Numbered from the stretch's first letter, positions 1 through 9,992 are shown. The stretch: DNA of 57,228 bases from Bdellovibrio sp. (GCA_046318155.1 JBKCUU010000023.1:1-57228), one strand, 5' to 3'. The notes: generated by a model not told the origin, from the sequence alone. Numbers and translations: made by a program.

Positions 1-2
1 AA

Positions 3-188
3 CTTGATCTCTATGAAGTGAAGTTTTCACAAACGTTTCAGAATCAACTCACGCGCCAATTAACTCAGACGGCTCATGCTCTAAAAAATGTGAATAGTTT
101 GAGTTTGATTATGCCCACCGACAAGGATTTTGAAACCAAAGTCGATGAGCTCAAAATTCATGTCAAAAACTGGAGTCGGATGAGTTGA
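3..188 (+). CDS. 3' end of a CDS entering from the left edge; probably the DUF4143 C-terminus of an AAA+ ATP-binding protein
   Basis: Open frame LDLYEVKFSQTF...NWSRMS* with stop at 186-188; the 'LYEVK.S' segment resembles the ExK end of DUF4143. Confidence 0.4.
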   Translation, partial: LDLYEVKFSQTFQNQLTRQLTQTAHALKNVNSLSLIMPTDKDFETKVDELKIHVKNWSRMS

Positions 189-400
189 GTGCTTCTATCG
201 ACCGATCCGCCAAGCAGGTCAATCCTTGCGTTAAAAGTGTCTCCGATTTACAATACAGGCTATGAATCTTAGGCATATGCAACTCAATACTCCGAAGCTG
301 AAAGAACAGGCTTGATTAGAGCCGGTTCAGCTTATTTATGGCATTGAATCCTCTTGGATGTCCGAAGAGAGTTAACTTTGTTTTTGTTTATAGGTTATAA

Positions 401-1429
401 ATGAATTTATCTGAAATTAAAGTCTTGCACGTCGAGTTGACTAACAAATGTAATGCTGGTTGCCCGATGTGCGCTCGCAGTTGGCAAGGACGGGTATTTA
501 CTGCGCCCTTGAAAGAGTTGCAACTTCACGATTTTCAAGATTCAACCAAAAATTTTAATTTTAAAAATTTAAATCGGGTCTATTTTTGTGGTAACTTTGG
601 TGACCCAATTATGGCCCAGGATTGTCTCGCAATAGTCGAATACCTAAGAAAAAAATATCCCCATTTAAGCATAGGAATTCATACAAATGGCGGGGCAAGA
701 TCATCTCAGTTTTGGCAAGACCTCGCACCACTATTGACCTATTGTCGATTTGGAATCGATGGCCTTGAAGATACCAACCATCTTTATCGACGAGGAGTGA
801 ATTGGAAAATTTTAATGAAAAATGTCAAAACATTTATAGATGCAGGCGGAATTGCCGAGTGGGATTTTTTGGTTTTCAAGCACAATGAACATCAAGTAGA
901 AGCTGCGAGAGAATTTGCGGCTACACTAGGGTTTAGATTTTTTCAGACAAAGAGCTCTTCTCGTTATGTCTGCTCAATAGAGGGTAAACCTTTACCAATG
1001 CCTGTGGTCGGCGCTGAGGGTCAAAAACTGTATGATATTCTTTGGTCAGACAAAGTTGAATACAGAAATACTCATATTGAAAAACCTAGAAAAGCAATAC
1101 TTAACCAGGAAATTTCTTGTAAGGCTTTGAATGAAAAAACAGTTTATTTAAATGCGGACGGACGAATTTACCCCTGCTGCTGGCTTGCAGAAAAGCATCA
1201 GTCCACAATCTCTGAATACGAACATCAACAGGTGACGAATTTTTTTTCAGAGTTCGAATTTCATAAAAGCAATGAAAATCACTTTCTTGAGCAATCGTTT
1301 TCAAAGTTAAGGAAATCTTGGAGCCTGCCAAAAAATTCCCTCTCTAGCTTACAAGTTTGCACGAGAGTTTGCGGCACTGAAAGCTCATCGTTTAGATCGC
1401 AATTCCTTACTAGCAAAGCGCTCAATTAA
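401..1429 (+). CDS. Radical SAM protein with C-terminal SPASM/twitch-like Cys domain
   Basis: CNAGCPMC (CxxxCxxC), GNFGDP, HTNG, then C..GRIYPCC and C-terminal CTRVC. Confidence 0.9.
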   Translation: MNLSEIKVLHVELTNKCNAGCPMCARSWQGRVFTAPLKELQLHDFQDSTKNFNFKNLNRVYFCGNFGDPIMAQDCLAIVEYLRKKYPHLSIGIHTNGGARSSQFWQDLAPLLTYCRFGIDGLEDTNHLYRRGVNWKILMKNVKTFIDAGGIAEWDFLVFKHNEHQVEAAREFAATLGFRFFQTKSSSRYVCSIEGKPLPMPVVGAEGQKLYDILWSDKVEYRNTHIEKPRKAILNQEISCKALNEKTVYLNADGRIYPCCWLAEKHQSTISEYEHQQVTNFFSEFEFHKSNENHFLEQSFSKLRKSWSLPKNSLSSLQVCTRVCGTESSSFRSQFLTSKALN

Positions 1430-1431
1430 GA

Positions 1432-1472
1432 GGGCTTGCCCCACGATCAATTTCAACTCGTGGGGCAAGCCC
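1432..1472. terminator. Hairpin between convergent genes, probable (bidirectional) intrinsic terminator
   Basis: Perfect 15-bp arms gggcttgccccacga / tcgtggggcaagccc, followed by an A-rich tract (U-tract on the minus strand). Confidence 0.7.
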
Positions 1473-1534
1473 AAGAAAAACTCTCACTACAAGTCGGTTA
1501 CCTGCGCCACATCTGGTGACTGTATTTTGACCGA

Positions 1535-2731
1535 TTAGACTTCTAAGAGGTAATCACAGAACTCCCGAAGCGGCACCACCTCAATTCCATCAGAATGAAG
1601 CTGCCTTTTTCCAATGGCCGTAACGAAGGCTCGGCGTATTTTTTTTTCTGTAGCAGCTAGCGCAGCAGGGATCAGAAACTCACCGCCCCTCGCGGACCCA
1701 AGCTTGATCTGCACCAGAGTCATGACCTTGTCAGTTTCCACAATTAAGTCGATCTCTTCTTTTTCTTTTGTGCGCCAAAAATGTAAATCCCAATCCTTAC
1801 AAAAATGATCTCTGGTTTTGATCGCCTCGCTGACCACTAGATTTTCAAATAAATGGCCGGCCTGCGGAGAATTTAAAATTGTTTCCATTTCCTGATGGGA
1901 CTGCAAGCGAACGGCAAGGCCGATGTCCATCAGATAAGCCTTCGGCATTTTAATCAGGCGTTTGTTGAGGTTCGAGTGGTACGGCTTTAAGATAAAGAGT
2001 ATCCCATTGTGCTCCAGGAGCGACACCCAGTCTTTGACTGACTTTCCAGAAACACCTGCATCTTTCCCAAGGGATTCAAAATTGAGCAATTCTCCCACGC
2101 GGGCGGCGAGAAGGCGTAATGTTGTCGAAAAAGAAGTTAACTTTTCAACTCCTGCTGTTCGGGCAATATCTTTTTCAATGAAAGTCGAAAAGTAATCGTT
2201 CATAAATGAGACTGCATTCAGCTCAGGTCGAATCCACAGCTCGGGGAATCCACCCCGAAAAAGAATCTGCTTGAGATCAATCTTCGCATCGAACTCCCAA
2301 ATCTCATGAACCGACAGACCATGGACATGAAAAATACTGACTCGGCCCGCCAGAGTCTCTTTTAGCGCACGGTCAATTTCTGTTTGATTTGATCCTGTCA
2401 TCCGGAAGGCCGCTGGCATCGTCGGCGTATTGCTTTCAAGCCGATTGCGGCGTTGCCCGTCGATATTTTTTTTGATTGAAAAAAGCAGTTCCGGAGCTCG
2501 CTGTATTTCATCGATCAACGTGGGAAGGCCAAGTTGCGAAATCACAAATTCAGGATCTTGGGTCGCCCGACTTTGCTCATTAGGGTCATCCAGAAAAATC
2601 TTTGAACGAGGAACAGGGGTCATCTTGAGCAACATCGAGGTCTTGCCGATTTGCCGAGGACCTCGTAGCAAGATCGCCTCAAGACCTCTAGATTGATCCC
2701 AATTATTTAAAAAATCCCTTTTTATCCACAT
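1535..2731 (-). CDS. ATP-binding protein, AAA_14 + DUF4143 family
   Basis: Walker A GPRQIGKT, IDEIQ, TGS, LAGR, GGFP, FENLV, EIDL. Confidence 0.9.
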   Translation of the reverse strand: MWIKRDFLNNWDQSRGLEAILLRGPRQIGKTSMLLKMTPVPRSKIFLDDPNEQSRATQDPEFVISQLGLPTLIDEIQRAPELLFSIKKNIDGQRRNRLESNTPTMPAAFRMTGSNQTEIDRALKETLAGRVSIFHVHGLSVHEIWEFDAKIDLKQILFRGGFPELWIRPELNAVSFMNDYFSTFIEKDIARTAGVEKLTSFSTTLRLLAARVGELLNFESLGKDAGVSGKSVKDWVSLLEHNGILFILKPYHSNLNKRLIKMPKAYLMDIGLAVRLQSHQEMETILNSPQAGHLFENLVVSEAIKTRDHFCKDWDLHFWRTKEKEEIDLIVETDKVMTLVQIKLGSARGGEFLIPAALAATEKKIRRAFVTAIGKRQLHSDGIEVVPLREFCDYLLEV

Positions 2732-2739
2732 ATTTGGCT

Positions 2740-2768
2740 ACATTAACCCATTGGTTCGATATCGTCAA
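2740..2768 (-). promoter_or_regulatory. Sigma70-like promoter, probably giving a leaderless mRNA
   Basis: Minus strand TTGACG-17 bp-TAATGT, ATG 8 nt downstream, no SD. Confidence 0.55.
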
Positions 2769-2773
2769 GGAGC

Positions 2774-4318
2774 TTAAGTGGTCCGAACTTTTTTAAAGAA
2801 AAAATAGAGCTTTTGCAGCCAGCGTGGTTCGCCATGCATGTAGAGCGGAAACAAACTAAAAATCTCTGGATCAAGATTAGAAAGATAAAATTGCTTGCCG
2901 GTTTTTTGCAAAAGCAATTGTTTGCGCCAGATCTGGTGGCTGTATCTTGAGTCTTTCTTGTTCGGAGTGAGGTGATAGGTTTGCTCTTTCCAGAGCAAAA
3001 ACCGCATCTTTGCTTTGGCAAAACGATAGCCAAGATCAGTGTCTTCAAAACCATAACTGCGAAAGATTGGACGAAAATGCCCCAGCTGATCGATGGCACT
3101 TTTTCTGACCGCCAAGCAATAGGTGCAGGTATAACGCCAATGATGAGGGATCTTATTCCAGTCAGCGGAATCAAAAAAAGGAGTCCAATAAGAAGGTTCT
3201 TCGATGTAAAGATCTTCTGAGGGCAAATCCTCAGGACGAACATTTTGGGTGCTTTTTTCTGGCCGAATGTGCAATCGTGGGCACTGAATCATATCTGCAT
3301 GCAAGGTTTGAGTCATCAGATCTTCTAAAAAGTTTTTCTCGACCAGCATGTCGGAATCTAAAAACAAGACCCACTCCCCGCGAGCTATTTTCAATCCAGC
3401 ATTACGACAAAGCCCTGCGTTGAAGTTTTGTTCATTTTCAAGAAGTCGATGGCGATACAAATACTTAAACTGAATTTGCGAGTGAATTGGCCCTAAAAGT
3501 GCCTTTAATTTATCTCGAGTGTGATCGTGACCGCCATCATCAACGACAATGACCTCGTAAGCAGCAAAAGAAAGTGTTTGTGAAAATAGATGCTGGATCG
3601 TGTTGACTAAAAAAAGTGAATTATTTCTGGTCGGTATAATGACACTCAAAGTTGGCTTGTCAGCTAGCTCCAACTGCCATTGCATTTCAACTTGGCCTTC
3701 TGCTTCCGGAAAAATCTTATAGTCGCGGTAAGGCAGTGCTTGAGCATTAAATTGAAGCTGCCGTAACTTGACTATGAAATCGTTAATTTCGACGCAACTC
3801 ACCGTCTGTTCATTCTTAAAATCAAAATCTGAAGGCAACAAAAAAAAGTTTTCATCATTAAGAATTTCTTTAAAGATTGAAAAATCAATTTTCAATAGAT
3901 TGCGACAAACAACAAAGGCAAAACAAATTTTACGAATCGACTTGTATTTACTTGTTAAGGACTTAACCAAATCTATATTCGAGTCATAAACAAGGACATA
4001 CAGTCTTATGTTTTTATCACAAGAGTCGATTGCTGTGCAAATGTCGTCAAGTGATCGATCTTTAGTTTCAATTTCGAAAGATTCGTTTTTAAGTTGCATT
4101 TCATGCCCTAAAAAATATTTTAAGTTCTGCACCATCATATTTGTCTGAAATAGAACTCTCGACAACCCTTGATCTGTGTCAAAGCAAAAAATGTGCTGGC
4201 ATTTTACTTGATATCTGAAATGCTGAACCCATGAAAAGTAGCGAAATTTCTTGCTAATTTCAAAATTTAGCCGCGCCCTAGGATGTTGTCCAAAATGAAA
4301 GTCAGTCGATTTTATCAT
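2774..4318 (-). CDS. Glycosyltransferase family 2 protein with N-terminal extension (true start probably further downstream)
   Basis: SVIIPTRN, VIVVDDGG, RNAG, FLDSD, YGFEDTDLGYR. Confidence 0.85.
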   Translation of the reverse strand: MIKSTDFHFGQHPRARLNFEISKKFRYFSWVQHFRYQVKCQHIFCFDTDQGLSRVLFQTNMMVQNLKYFLGHEMQLKNESFEIETKDRSLDDICTAIDSCDKNIRLYVLVYDSNIDLVKSLTSKYKSIRKICFAFVVCRNLLKIDFSIFKEILNDENFFLLPSDFDFKNEQTVSCVEINDFIVKLRQLQFNAQALPYRDYKIFPEAEGQVEMQWQLELADKPTLSVIIPTRNNSLFLVNTIQHLFSQTLSFAAYEVIVVDDGGHDHTRDKLKALLGPIHSQIQFKYLYRHRLLENEQNFNAGLCRNAGLKIARGEWVLFLDSDMLVEKNFLEDLMTQTLHADMIQCPRLHIRPEKSTQNVRPEDLPSEDLYIEEPSYWTPFFDSADWNKIPHHWRYTCTYCLAVRKSAIDQLGHFRPIFRSYGFEDTDLGYRFAKAKMRFLLWKEQTYHLTPNKKDSRYSHQIWRKQLLLQKTGKQFYLSNLDPEIFSLFPLYMHGEPRWLQKLYFFFKKVRTT

Positions 4319-5929
4319 TTTTTGAATTCTTACTTAAGCCCGACTCTTAAAACTTATTTTCAATTCAGATATCCAAACCTCGATGACTTCCAGGTGATGC
4401 TGCTGGTGCAAGGCAAAATCTTTCAGGTTTATCAACTTAAGTTTTTTGTTCAGGATTATCTGATTAAAAAGCCCTACAAGATTATAGACTGCCAGTGCGA
4501 GTTTGGTGCTGAACTCAAGTGGTATGTCCCATTTGCTTATTGGCATTATAAAAATGGGACTCTGCTTAAAACAATCTCATCATCACAGACAAAGAGTTTG
4601 TATTACTTTAGCCCCGAGCATCAAGAGGTTCCGCGCTTGCGGCGCTACTGCACATCGTATGAGATCCCGAATTCAGAAGATCATAACTTTAAATATGACC
4701 TCTCAAAATGGACTCCACCCTCTTATCGATCTCGATATGCGCATAAAAAAATGTGGCAGTTTTCAAAGCCAATCTTGATTATCTCCAACAAATACACCAC
4801 CCAGTGGGGCGGGCTGCCGGTCAATTTTATTAAAATCGAAACGACTCTGCAGTTAATTGATCTCTTAAGAAATCAGTTTACGATTGTCTACAGCAGACCC
4901 ACGAGTGACCTTGCTCCCCAAGACAGAGAGAGCGAAACCTTGGATTTTAACGACAAGCAGGCCATAAAATGTGCCTTTGCTGATGTGCTGTTTTCAGAAG
5001 ACATCTATCAAAGCCATCAACATGAGTTTCGAGATTACAATGAGTTTCAATTGGCGCTCTATTCGGTGTGTTCCAATTTTATATCCGTCCAAGGTGGCAA
5101 TTCAGTTCTGGCCAGTTATTTTGGCGGCAAAAACTTGGTGTATTTAGCAGAGGGACATGAGGTCCGATTTGGAGAATATGAGAACTTTTACCATCAGCTT
5201 TCAGGCTGTTCACTAACCGTTGTGAGATCTGAAAGTGAGCTCATCGAAAAAACCAATCTTTTGTTTATGAATGATGTTACGAATGATAAAAAAGCAGTCT
5301 TAACAAAAAAGCCAAAGATCTACGATACGAGATATGCAGATATGAGCCTCGACATGTCAGCGTGGTCTTCAGGGCAAATGGACTCTAAAATCTGGATGTG
5401 TGAGGTTTTAGAAACACATCTCGGTACGACCCAAGACTACAATGTTATTTGCTTTGGTGGGTGGTACGGTCTTAATGCCTTTGTTCTGCTCTGTCGAGAC
5501 CGCCTACGAGTGAACTGCTTTACAAACTACGATATCGACGAGCACGCCTTAGAGACATCTTTACTCATCAATAAAGCTTGGACGATCGGATCGCAAAAAT
5601 ACCTTACTCATCTCCAAGATGTGAACACCTTAGATGTTAAAGAAATCATTGAATCGAATAACAAGACTTCAAAAGTCATCTTCATAAACACCTCTATCGA
5701 GTCGATCGAGGGCCTGACTTGGTGGAAAAACCTCCCATCGAATCAACTTGTCTTGCTTCAGACCTGCACTCTGGTTGCAAGCTATTGCGTCGGTCCGACC
5801 TTTACGAGTCTTGAGCATTTCCGAAATATCTTTGCGATGAAAAAAACTCTTTTTGCCGGCGCAAAAAGATATGAGTATCCTGATGGCTCGAGCTATGAAC
5901 GGTTCATGATACTGGGCGTAACCCCCTAA
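4283..5929 (+). CDS. Two-domain protein: glycosyltransferase-like N-terminus fused to a class I SAM-methyltransferase-like C-terminus
   Basis: N-terminal EFGAEL..PFAYW and FISVQGG; C-terminal GQMDSKIW, GGWYG, YDID, INTS, RFMILG. Confidence 0.55.
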   Translation: MLSKMKVSRFYHFLNSYLSPTLKTYFQFRYPNLDDFQVMLLVQGKIFQVYQLKFFVQDYLIKKPYKIIDCQCEFGAELKWYVPFAYWHYKNGTLLKTISSSQTKSLYYFSPEHQEVPRLRRYCTSYEIPNSEDHNFKYDLSKWTPPSYRSRYAHKKMWQFSKPILIISNKYTTQWGGLPVNFIKIETTLQLIDLLRNQFTIVYSRPTSDLAPQDRESETLDFNDKQAIKCAFADVLFSEDIYQSHQHEFRDYNEFQLALYSVCSNFISVQGGNSVLASYFGGKNLVYLAEGHEVRFGEYENFYHQLSGCSLTVVRSESELIEKTNLLFMNDVTNDKKAVLTKKPKIYDTRYADMSLDMSAWSSGQMDSKIWMCEVLETHLGTTQDYNVICFGGWYGLNAFVLLCRDRLRVNCFTNYDIDEHALETSLLINKAWTIGSQKYLTHLQDVNTLDVKEIIESNNKTSKVIFINTSIESIEGLTWWKNLPSNQLVLLQTCTLVASYCVGPTFTSLEHFRNIFAMKKTLFAGAKRYEYPDGSSYERFMILGVTP

Positions 5930-6009
5930 AGACCCCGGCTTGTCACTGCAGCTGAATTCAGTCATCATTGATTCAGCTCGTGTTTTTCGTATTCCAGGGA
6001 GGGAATTTT

Positions 6010-6738
6010 TTGGTAAAAATCTTTGTTTTTCTTCTAGCAATTGCTTTTGCACCGCTGGGCTCTTCAAAAACTCAGCAAAGATTATCGCCAATGATATTTT
6101 TTGTTTACTCACCCTATTATGATCGGCTCTGTGCGGCTTCCTTAGACGGAAAAAAAGCTCAGTCCGGGTGGGACACAACTAAATTAAAGCCCGAGTGGGT
6201 GACTGAAATAAAGGGCAGAGTTGCCGAATTTCAAACTCAGTGGGAGTCGGTTTCTGAGAAGCTTTTTGGGTCCTTGTTTAAGAACTTTAACAAGGGACTC
6301 AGCCGAAAAGAATTGACCGCAGTCTTGTCAGTCTGTGACCAGGGGACGAACATGTCTGATCCACTGGTTTTTAACGTCAGAAAACTTTTGAATTCTTTTC
6401 CCCAGAAACAGCCCGTAGAGTTGAGTTTTTTAACTGACATTGTTTTTCATGAGCTTCTTCACTTATGGTTAAACGAAAATTTTTTGTCAAAAGGACCTCA
6501 AAGAATTGAAATCACCAAGAATAAATCTGAACATATGTATCAGCACATGTACTTGTATGCGGTACAGGATTTAGTTTATCAAGAAGCGGGACTTAAGTCG
6601 TTATGGCTAAACATCCAAAAGAGACTTCAAGAACGAGATGATATTTGGTATCAAGCATTAAAGGAAGTGCAGAAGAATGAGAATAAGCAGCTTTTGATCA
6701 ATCATTTAAAACAGTCGGTGATTCCGAAGAAAAATTAG
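6010..6738 (+). CDS. Secreted hypothetical protein with HExxH motif (possible zinc metallopeptidase)
   Basis: TTG start after AGGGAGG; signal-like N-terminus; FHELLH. Confidence 0.6.
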   Translation: MVKIFVFLLAIAFAPLGSSKTQQRLSPMIFFVYSPYYDRLCAASLDGKKAQSGWDTTKLKPEWVTEIKGRVAEFQTQWESVSEKLFGSLFKNFNKGLSRKELTAVLSVCDQGTNMSDPLVFNVRKLLNSFPQKQPVELSFLTDIVFHELLHLWLNENFLSKGPQRIEITKNKSEHMYQHMYLYAVQDLVYQEAGLKSLWLNIQKRLQERDDIWYQALKEVQKNENKQLLINHLKQSVIPKKN

Positions 6739-6740
6739 AT

Positions 6741-7205
6741 ATGCAGTTTTTTATGATTAAACATCTCTATCGCGAAAAATTTCAGTGTTTACTTTTCGTC
6801 CTATTTATCTCTATTTTTACGGTTCCCTCATTTTTTTTTGAGGAAAAGAATACTTTTCCTCTTTTTAACTGGAATTTGTTTTCAGGTGATCTGTCGCCAA
6901 GAGCACGCTTTGAGCTTCTCATGGAACGTCAGAACGAAAAGGTCCTATTGAGTCAATTTAACGACTTGGACCCCAATATTCGAAAGAAACTTTTCTTCCT
7001 TACCCAAGATGCGGGCAGATCTCAAGGAAGGGAGTCTGCAGATATTTTTTTAAATGAGATCTCAAAAATTCTCAAAAAAAAATCTTTTACTCGTTTTGCT
7101 ATTCAAAAAATTGATGGATATCTTGGTGATTATTTGCAGTCTCCAAAGACTCCGGCTGCAGTTGAAATTATTTTTAGCAACGCGAAATTTCATGAAATTG
7201 AATAA
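6741..7205 (+). CDS. Membrane-anchored hypothetical protein, possible SdpA/DUF5819-like partner of the HTTM protein
   Basis: One TM helix then FPLFNWNLFS; overlaps the next gene. Confidence 0.5.
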   Translation: MQFFMIKHLYREKFQCLLFVLFISIFTVPSFFFEEKNTFPLFNWNLFSGDLSPRARFELLMERQNEKVLLSQFNDLDPNIRKKLFFLTQDAGRSQGRESADIFLNEISKILKKKSFTRFAIQKIDGYLGDYLQSPKTPAAVEIIFSNAKFHEIE

Positions 7206-8001
7206 GACACAAGAGCTTTACCTCTCTTTTTTTTACACAATCGGGTTTTTCTTTTTAATTTCAAATCTCAAAAATTTTATGAAATATGTTTGGATGGATT
7301 CATTTACGCCGCAATGGCCGGCTTCTTGGATTTCTTTGCAGTGGAGCGGCCCCTCTATTTCGATGATTTACGTCGTATTTTGTTTGCTGATTATTCCTGC
7401 TATTTTAAACCCTCAAAATCGGCTCCTTCGTTTTTTGGCTTTTTTTGCCATTTTTCAGGATTTGTCAATGATCCATCATGGTGGAAAAATTGGTCACGCA
7501 ACTCATTTGCTGATCTATCTGTCTGCTATTCTCGTTTTGTTTGATTTTAATAAACCTAGAAACTTTAATTTGTTTTTGGCCACAGCTCGCACTTTGATCA
7601 TCGCTATATACACAATTTCTGGTTCTTGGAAACTTCTTGCTCTATTGAAAAACAATGATTTTAGTCAAATCTACGCGGGGCTTTATCGATTTCTTCCAGA
7701 AAGCCTGTCCAGCGCTTATAGTGTCGGAGAAACAAACACTTTATCGTTAGCTCATTTTTTTACAGAGCACCCGAACCTTAGCTCAACGATTGCGGCTTGC
7801 GCCATTGCAGTTGAGTTTTTTTCTTTCTTGGCGCTGATTTTTACCCGCATCCAGTTTTATATTGGTTTCGTCATTTTGTTCTTTCACATTTCGATTTTAT
7901 TTTTTTTAGGCATTAATTTTTCTATGCACGCAATTTTGGTTTTTTATATTTTTGTTCTGGCTGCAAAACTCGAGAAAGTCGATTTTAAAAATGCTGATTA
8001 A
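7192..8001 (+). CDS. Multi-TM HTTM-like membrane protein
   Basis: GKIGH, YTISGSWKL, VEF and FH(I) motifs typical of HTTM/SdpB-like domains. Confidence 0.55.
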   Translation: MKLNKTQELYLSFFYTIGFFFLISNLKNFMKYVWMDSFTPQWPASWISLQWSGPSISMIYVVFCLLIIPAILNPQNRLLRFLAFFAIFQDLSMIHHGGKIGHATHLLIYLSAILVLFDFNKPRNFNLFLATARTLIIAIYTISGSWKLLALLKNNDFSQIYAGLYRFLPESLSSAYSVGETNTLSLAHFFTEHPNLSSTIAACAIAVEFFSFLALIFTRIQFYIGFVILFFHISILFFLGINFSMHAILVFYIFVLAAKLEKVDFKNAD

Positions 8002-8941
8002 TGATTTTACAAAAATTCCTTTTGAAGAAATTGTTCAATTTGGCCAACGCAAGATGCTGCACCGTGATTTGGTCAATGTCAGTTGGATACTTGGAAGATA
8101 TTGCAATTACAATTGTAGCTATTGCTGGACACATGCGCGCAGCAATACAAGAGATCACAGACCTGTCGAATTGATCGTTAAAACGATCGATGAAATTAAG
8201 AAGCAAAGCCGCGAGCGCGGATACAATTCATTTCATTTTGGCTTTAGCGGCGGAGAGCCCACGCTTCATCCTGGTTTTATCGATGTTATAAATTTTTATT
8301 CAAAAGATACTTTATCGACAATTTATCAATCATTGCACATCACAACCAATTTAAGTCTCGGCTTAAATTTTTGGGAAAAATTTGTCAAAGCTTCTTCCCA
8401 ATTGCACGATGTCGGCGTCACGGCTTCGTGGCATCGAGAGGCAGGTGTTAGCAATCTTGCAACACATGCAAAAAAATTCGCCGATAAGCTTCTCTTCCTA
8501 CAATCTCAAAATATTCACACAACAATAAATATGGTCATGGCCATTAAGTACTTTGAAGATCTAAAGAATGAAGCTCTTTTTTTTCATGAACAGGGGCTCA
8601 ATGTGACGTTAAAGCCTATGAGTATTCCTGCTGCAAATGTACTTATTGACCAATACTCACAAGAACAAATCGAATTTATGCAGCAAGGTTTTCCGCAAAG
8701 AAACCTGCAAAAGTCGAAATCAAATACTCACATTCCAAGAGTAGAGCCAAAGATCAAAGTCCCAAGGCCCATAGTTGAGCATCAATCTGATTCAATTGAT
8801 AGCATCGAAGTTCAACTTAAAGATAGCAATGGAAAGACTTGGTATTTTGATCAAGCTAAGAGATTTAATGCTTTTAATTTTAACAATTTTTATAATTGGA
8901 ATTGCGAGGCGGGCCTTAGGTCCTTGATCATTATTGACTAA
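7991..8941 (+). pseudogene. Radical SAM protein, C-terminally truncated by a MITE
   Basis: CNYNCSYC, SGGEPT; the frame stops inside the MITE inverted repeat just after the first SPASM-type Cys (CEAGLRSLII). Confidence 0.75.
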
Positions 8942-9110
8942 CGCATAAATAAAGGTGCAGTGGGCGATGGGATTGCTGAGCGAAAAATGGCGCACAGAGA
9001 AAAAGCCCCGGAGGCGTGGCTAAAGCCACGTCGAGGAGCTTTTTCGAGTACGTCATTTTGTAGCCAGCAAGGACAAGATCAATGCGCGTTTATTTATGCG
9101 TTAGTCAATA
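8932..9110. mobile_element. MITE, 179 bp, TA-ended (IS630/Tc1-like ends possible)
   Basis: Perfect 22-bp terminal IR tattgactaacgcataaataaa (8932-8953 / 9089-9110), internal hairpin cgtggc-taaa-gccacg, no transposase. Confidence 0.8.
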
Positions 9111-9141
9111 GTCATTCGTTTTGCTTCGCGCCTCTGGGAGC

Positions 9142-9576
9142 TTAATTCTCGGTGAGATTAAGATTGAACTGGGTCTCGGTCTTGACAGAGTTTAAGATAA
9201 AGCCGGATTTAAAGGCCCGTTGCGCAATCATCTTGATGCGATCCGGATTTTTGACTCCTGTAATCGTGGCGTTCAGCTCGCATCGTTTCATCACCGGTTT
9301 TTTCTCGTCGTCGAGATCCACGACGAGTTCTGCTTGAACGCGCAAGTCTTTGAACTCAAGTTTCGATTTCTCGGCATAAACTTTAAACGTCGCCACGAAG
9401 CAATTCGTGAGAGCTTGAGCAAACAGATCTTCGGGCGACAGTGCGCCTCCGGGACCTTCAAACTCGGGCGGAATCGCACACTGACTTTTAAAGTCTTGGT
9501 TCGTCAAATCCCACACGGTTTGAATGCCGGGTTTGGCTTCAGCTGTCGTGTGAAAAGAAATGGGATACTTGATCAT
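9142..9576 (-). CDS. OsmC family protein
   Basis: PPEFEGPG..SPEDLF...NC. Confidence 0.85.
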   Translation of the reverse strand: MIKYPISFHTTAEAKPGIQTVWDLTNQDFKSQCAIPPEFEGPGGALSPEDLFAQALTNCFVATFKVYAEKSKLEFKDLRVQAELVVDLDDEKKPVMKRCELNATITGVKNPDRIKMIAQRAFKSGFILNSVKTETQFNLNLTEN

Positions 9577-9992
9577 TTTGGGACCTCACAGTAAGGGCTG
9601 GCCGAGCAATCGGATTTTTTGCGTGGAAGGTAAGGACGGATGACAACGAAGCCCTGATAACCCAACTCGAGGGCGGCCCGAACGGGTCGGAGTTTCGCCC
9701 AGCGGGCGGCAAAATGGTAACGCGGGATCTTGGACCAAATTGCGACAAAAGCATCGACGCCCTCGTGCATGGTTCCCGCCGCATCCTGCACGTGCATGAA
9801 TTTGTGGACACGCTGAGGATCGATGCCAAAAGTTTCGGCTTTAAAATCGGGACGGGTGATATCTAAAAACTCAAAATGCTCAGAACCTGGAAGCCGTCTG
9901 TAATGATTGATCTCGGCCGAGCACGCCCGGCAAAGTCCATCGTAAAAAATGATTCCTGGTTGTAACTCAGACTTGTTTTTAGAGACGGCCAT
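9573..9992 (-). CDS. DUF393 / DCC1-like thiol-disulfide oxidoreductase
   Basis: FYDGLCRAC, GVDAF; GGAGG SD. Confidence 0.9.
   Translation of the reverse strand: MAVSKNKSELQPGIIFYDGLCRACSAEINHYRRLPGSEHFEFLDITRPDFKAETFGIDPQRVHKFMHVQDAAGTMHEGVDAFVAIWSKIPRYHFAARWAKLRPVRAALELGYQGFVVIRPYLPRKKSDCSASPYCEVPK

Noticed and set aside
8960..9145. 61-aa ORF inside the MITE
   Set aside because: Arises from repeat sequence; no transposase features.
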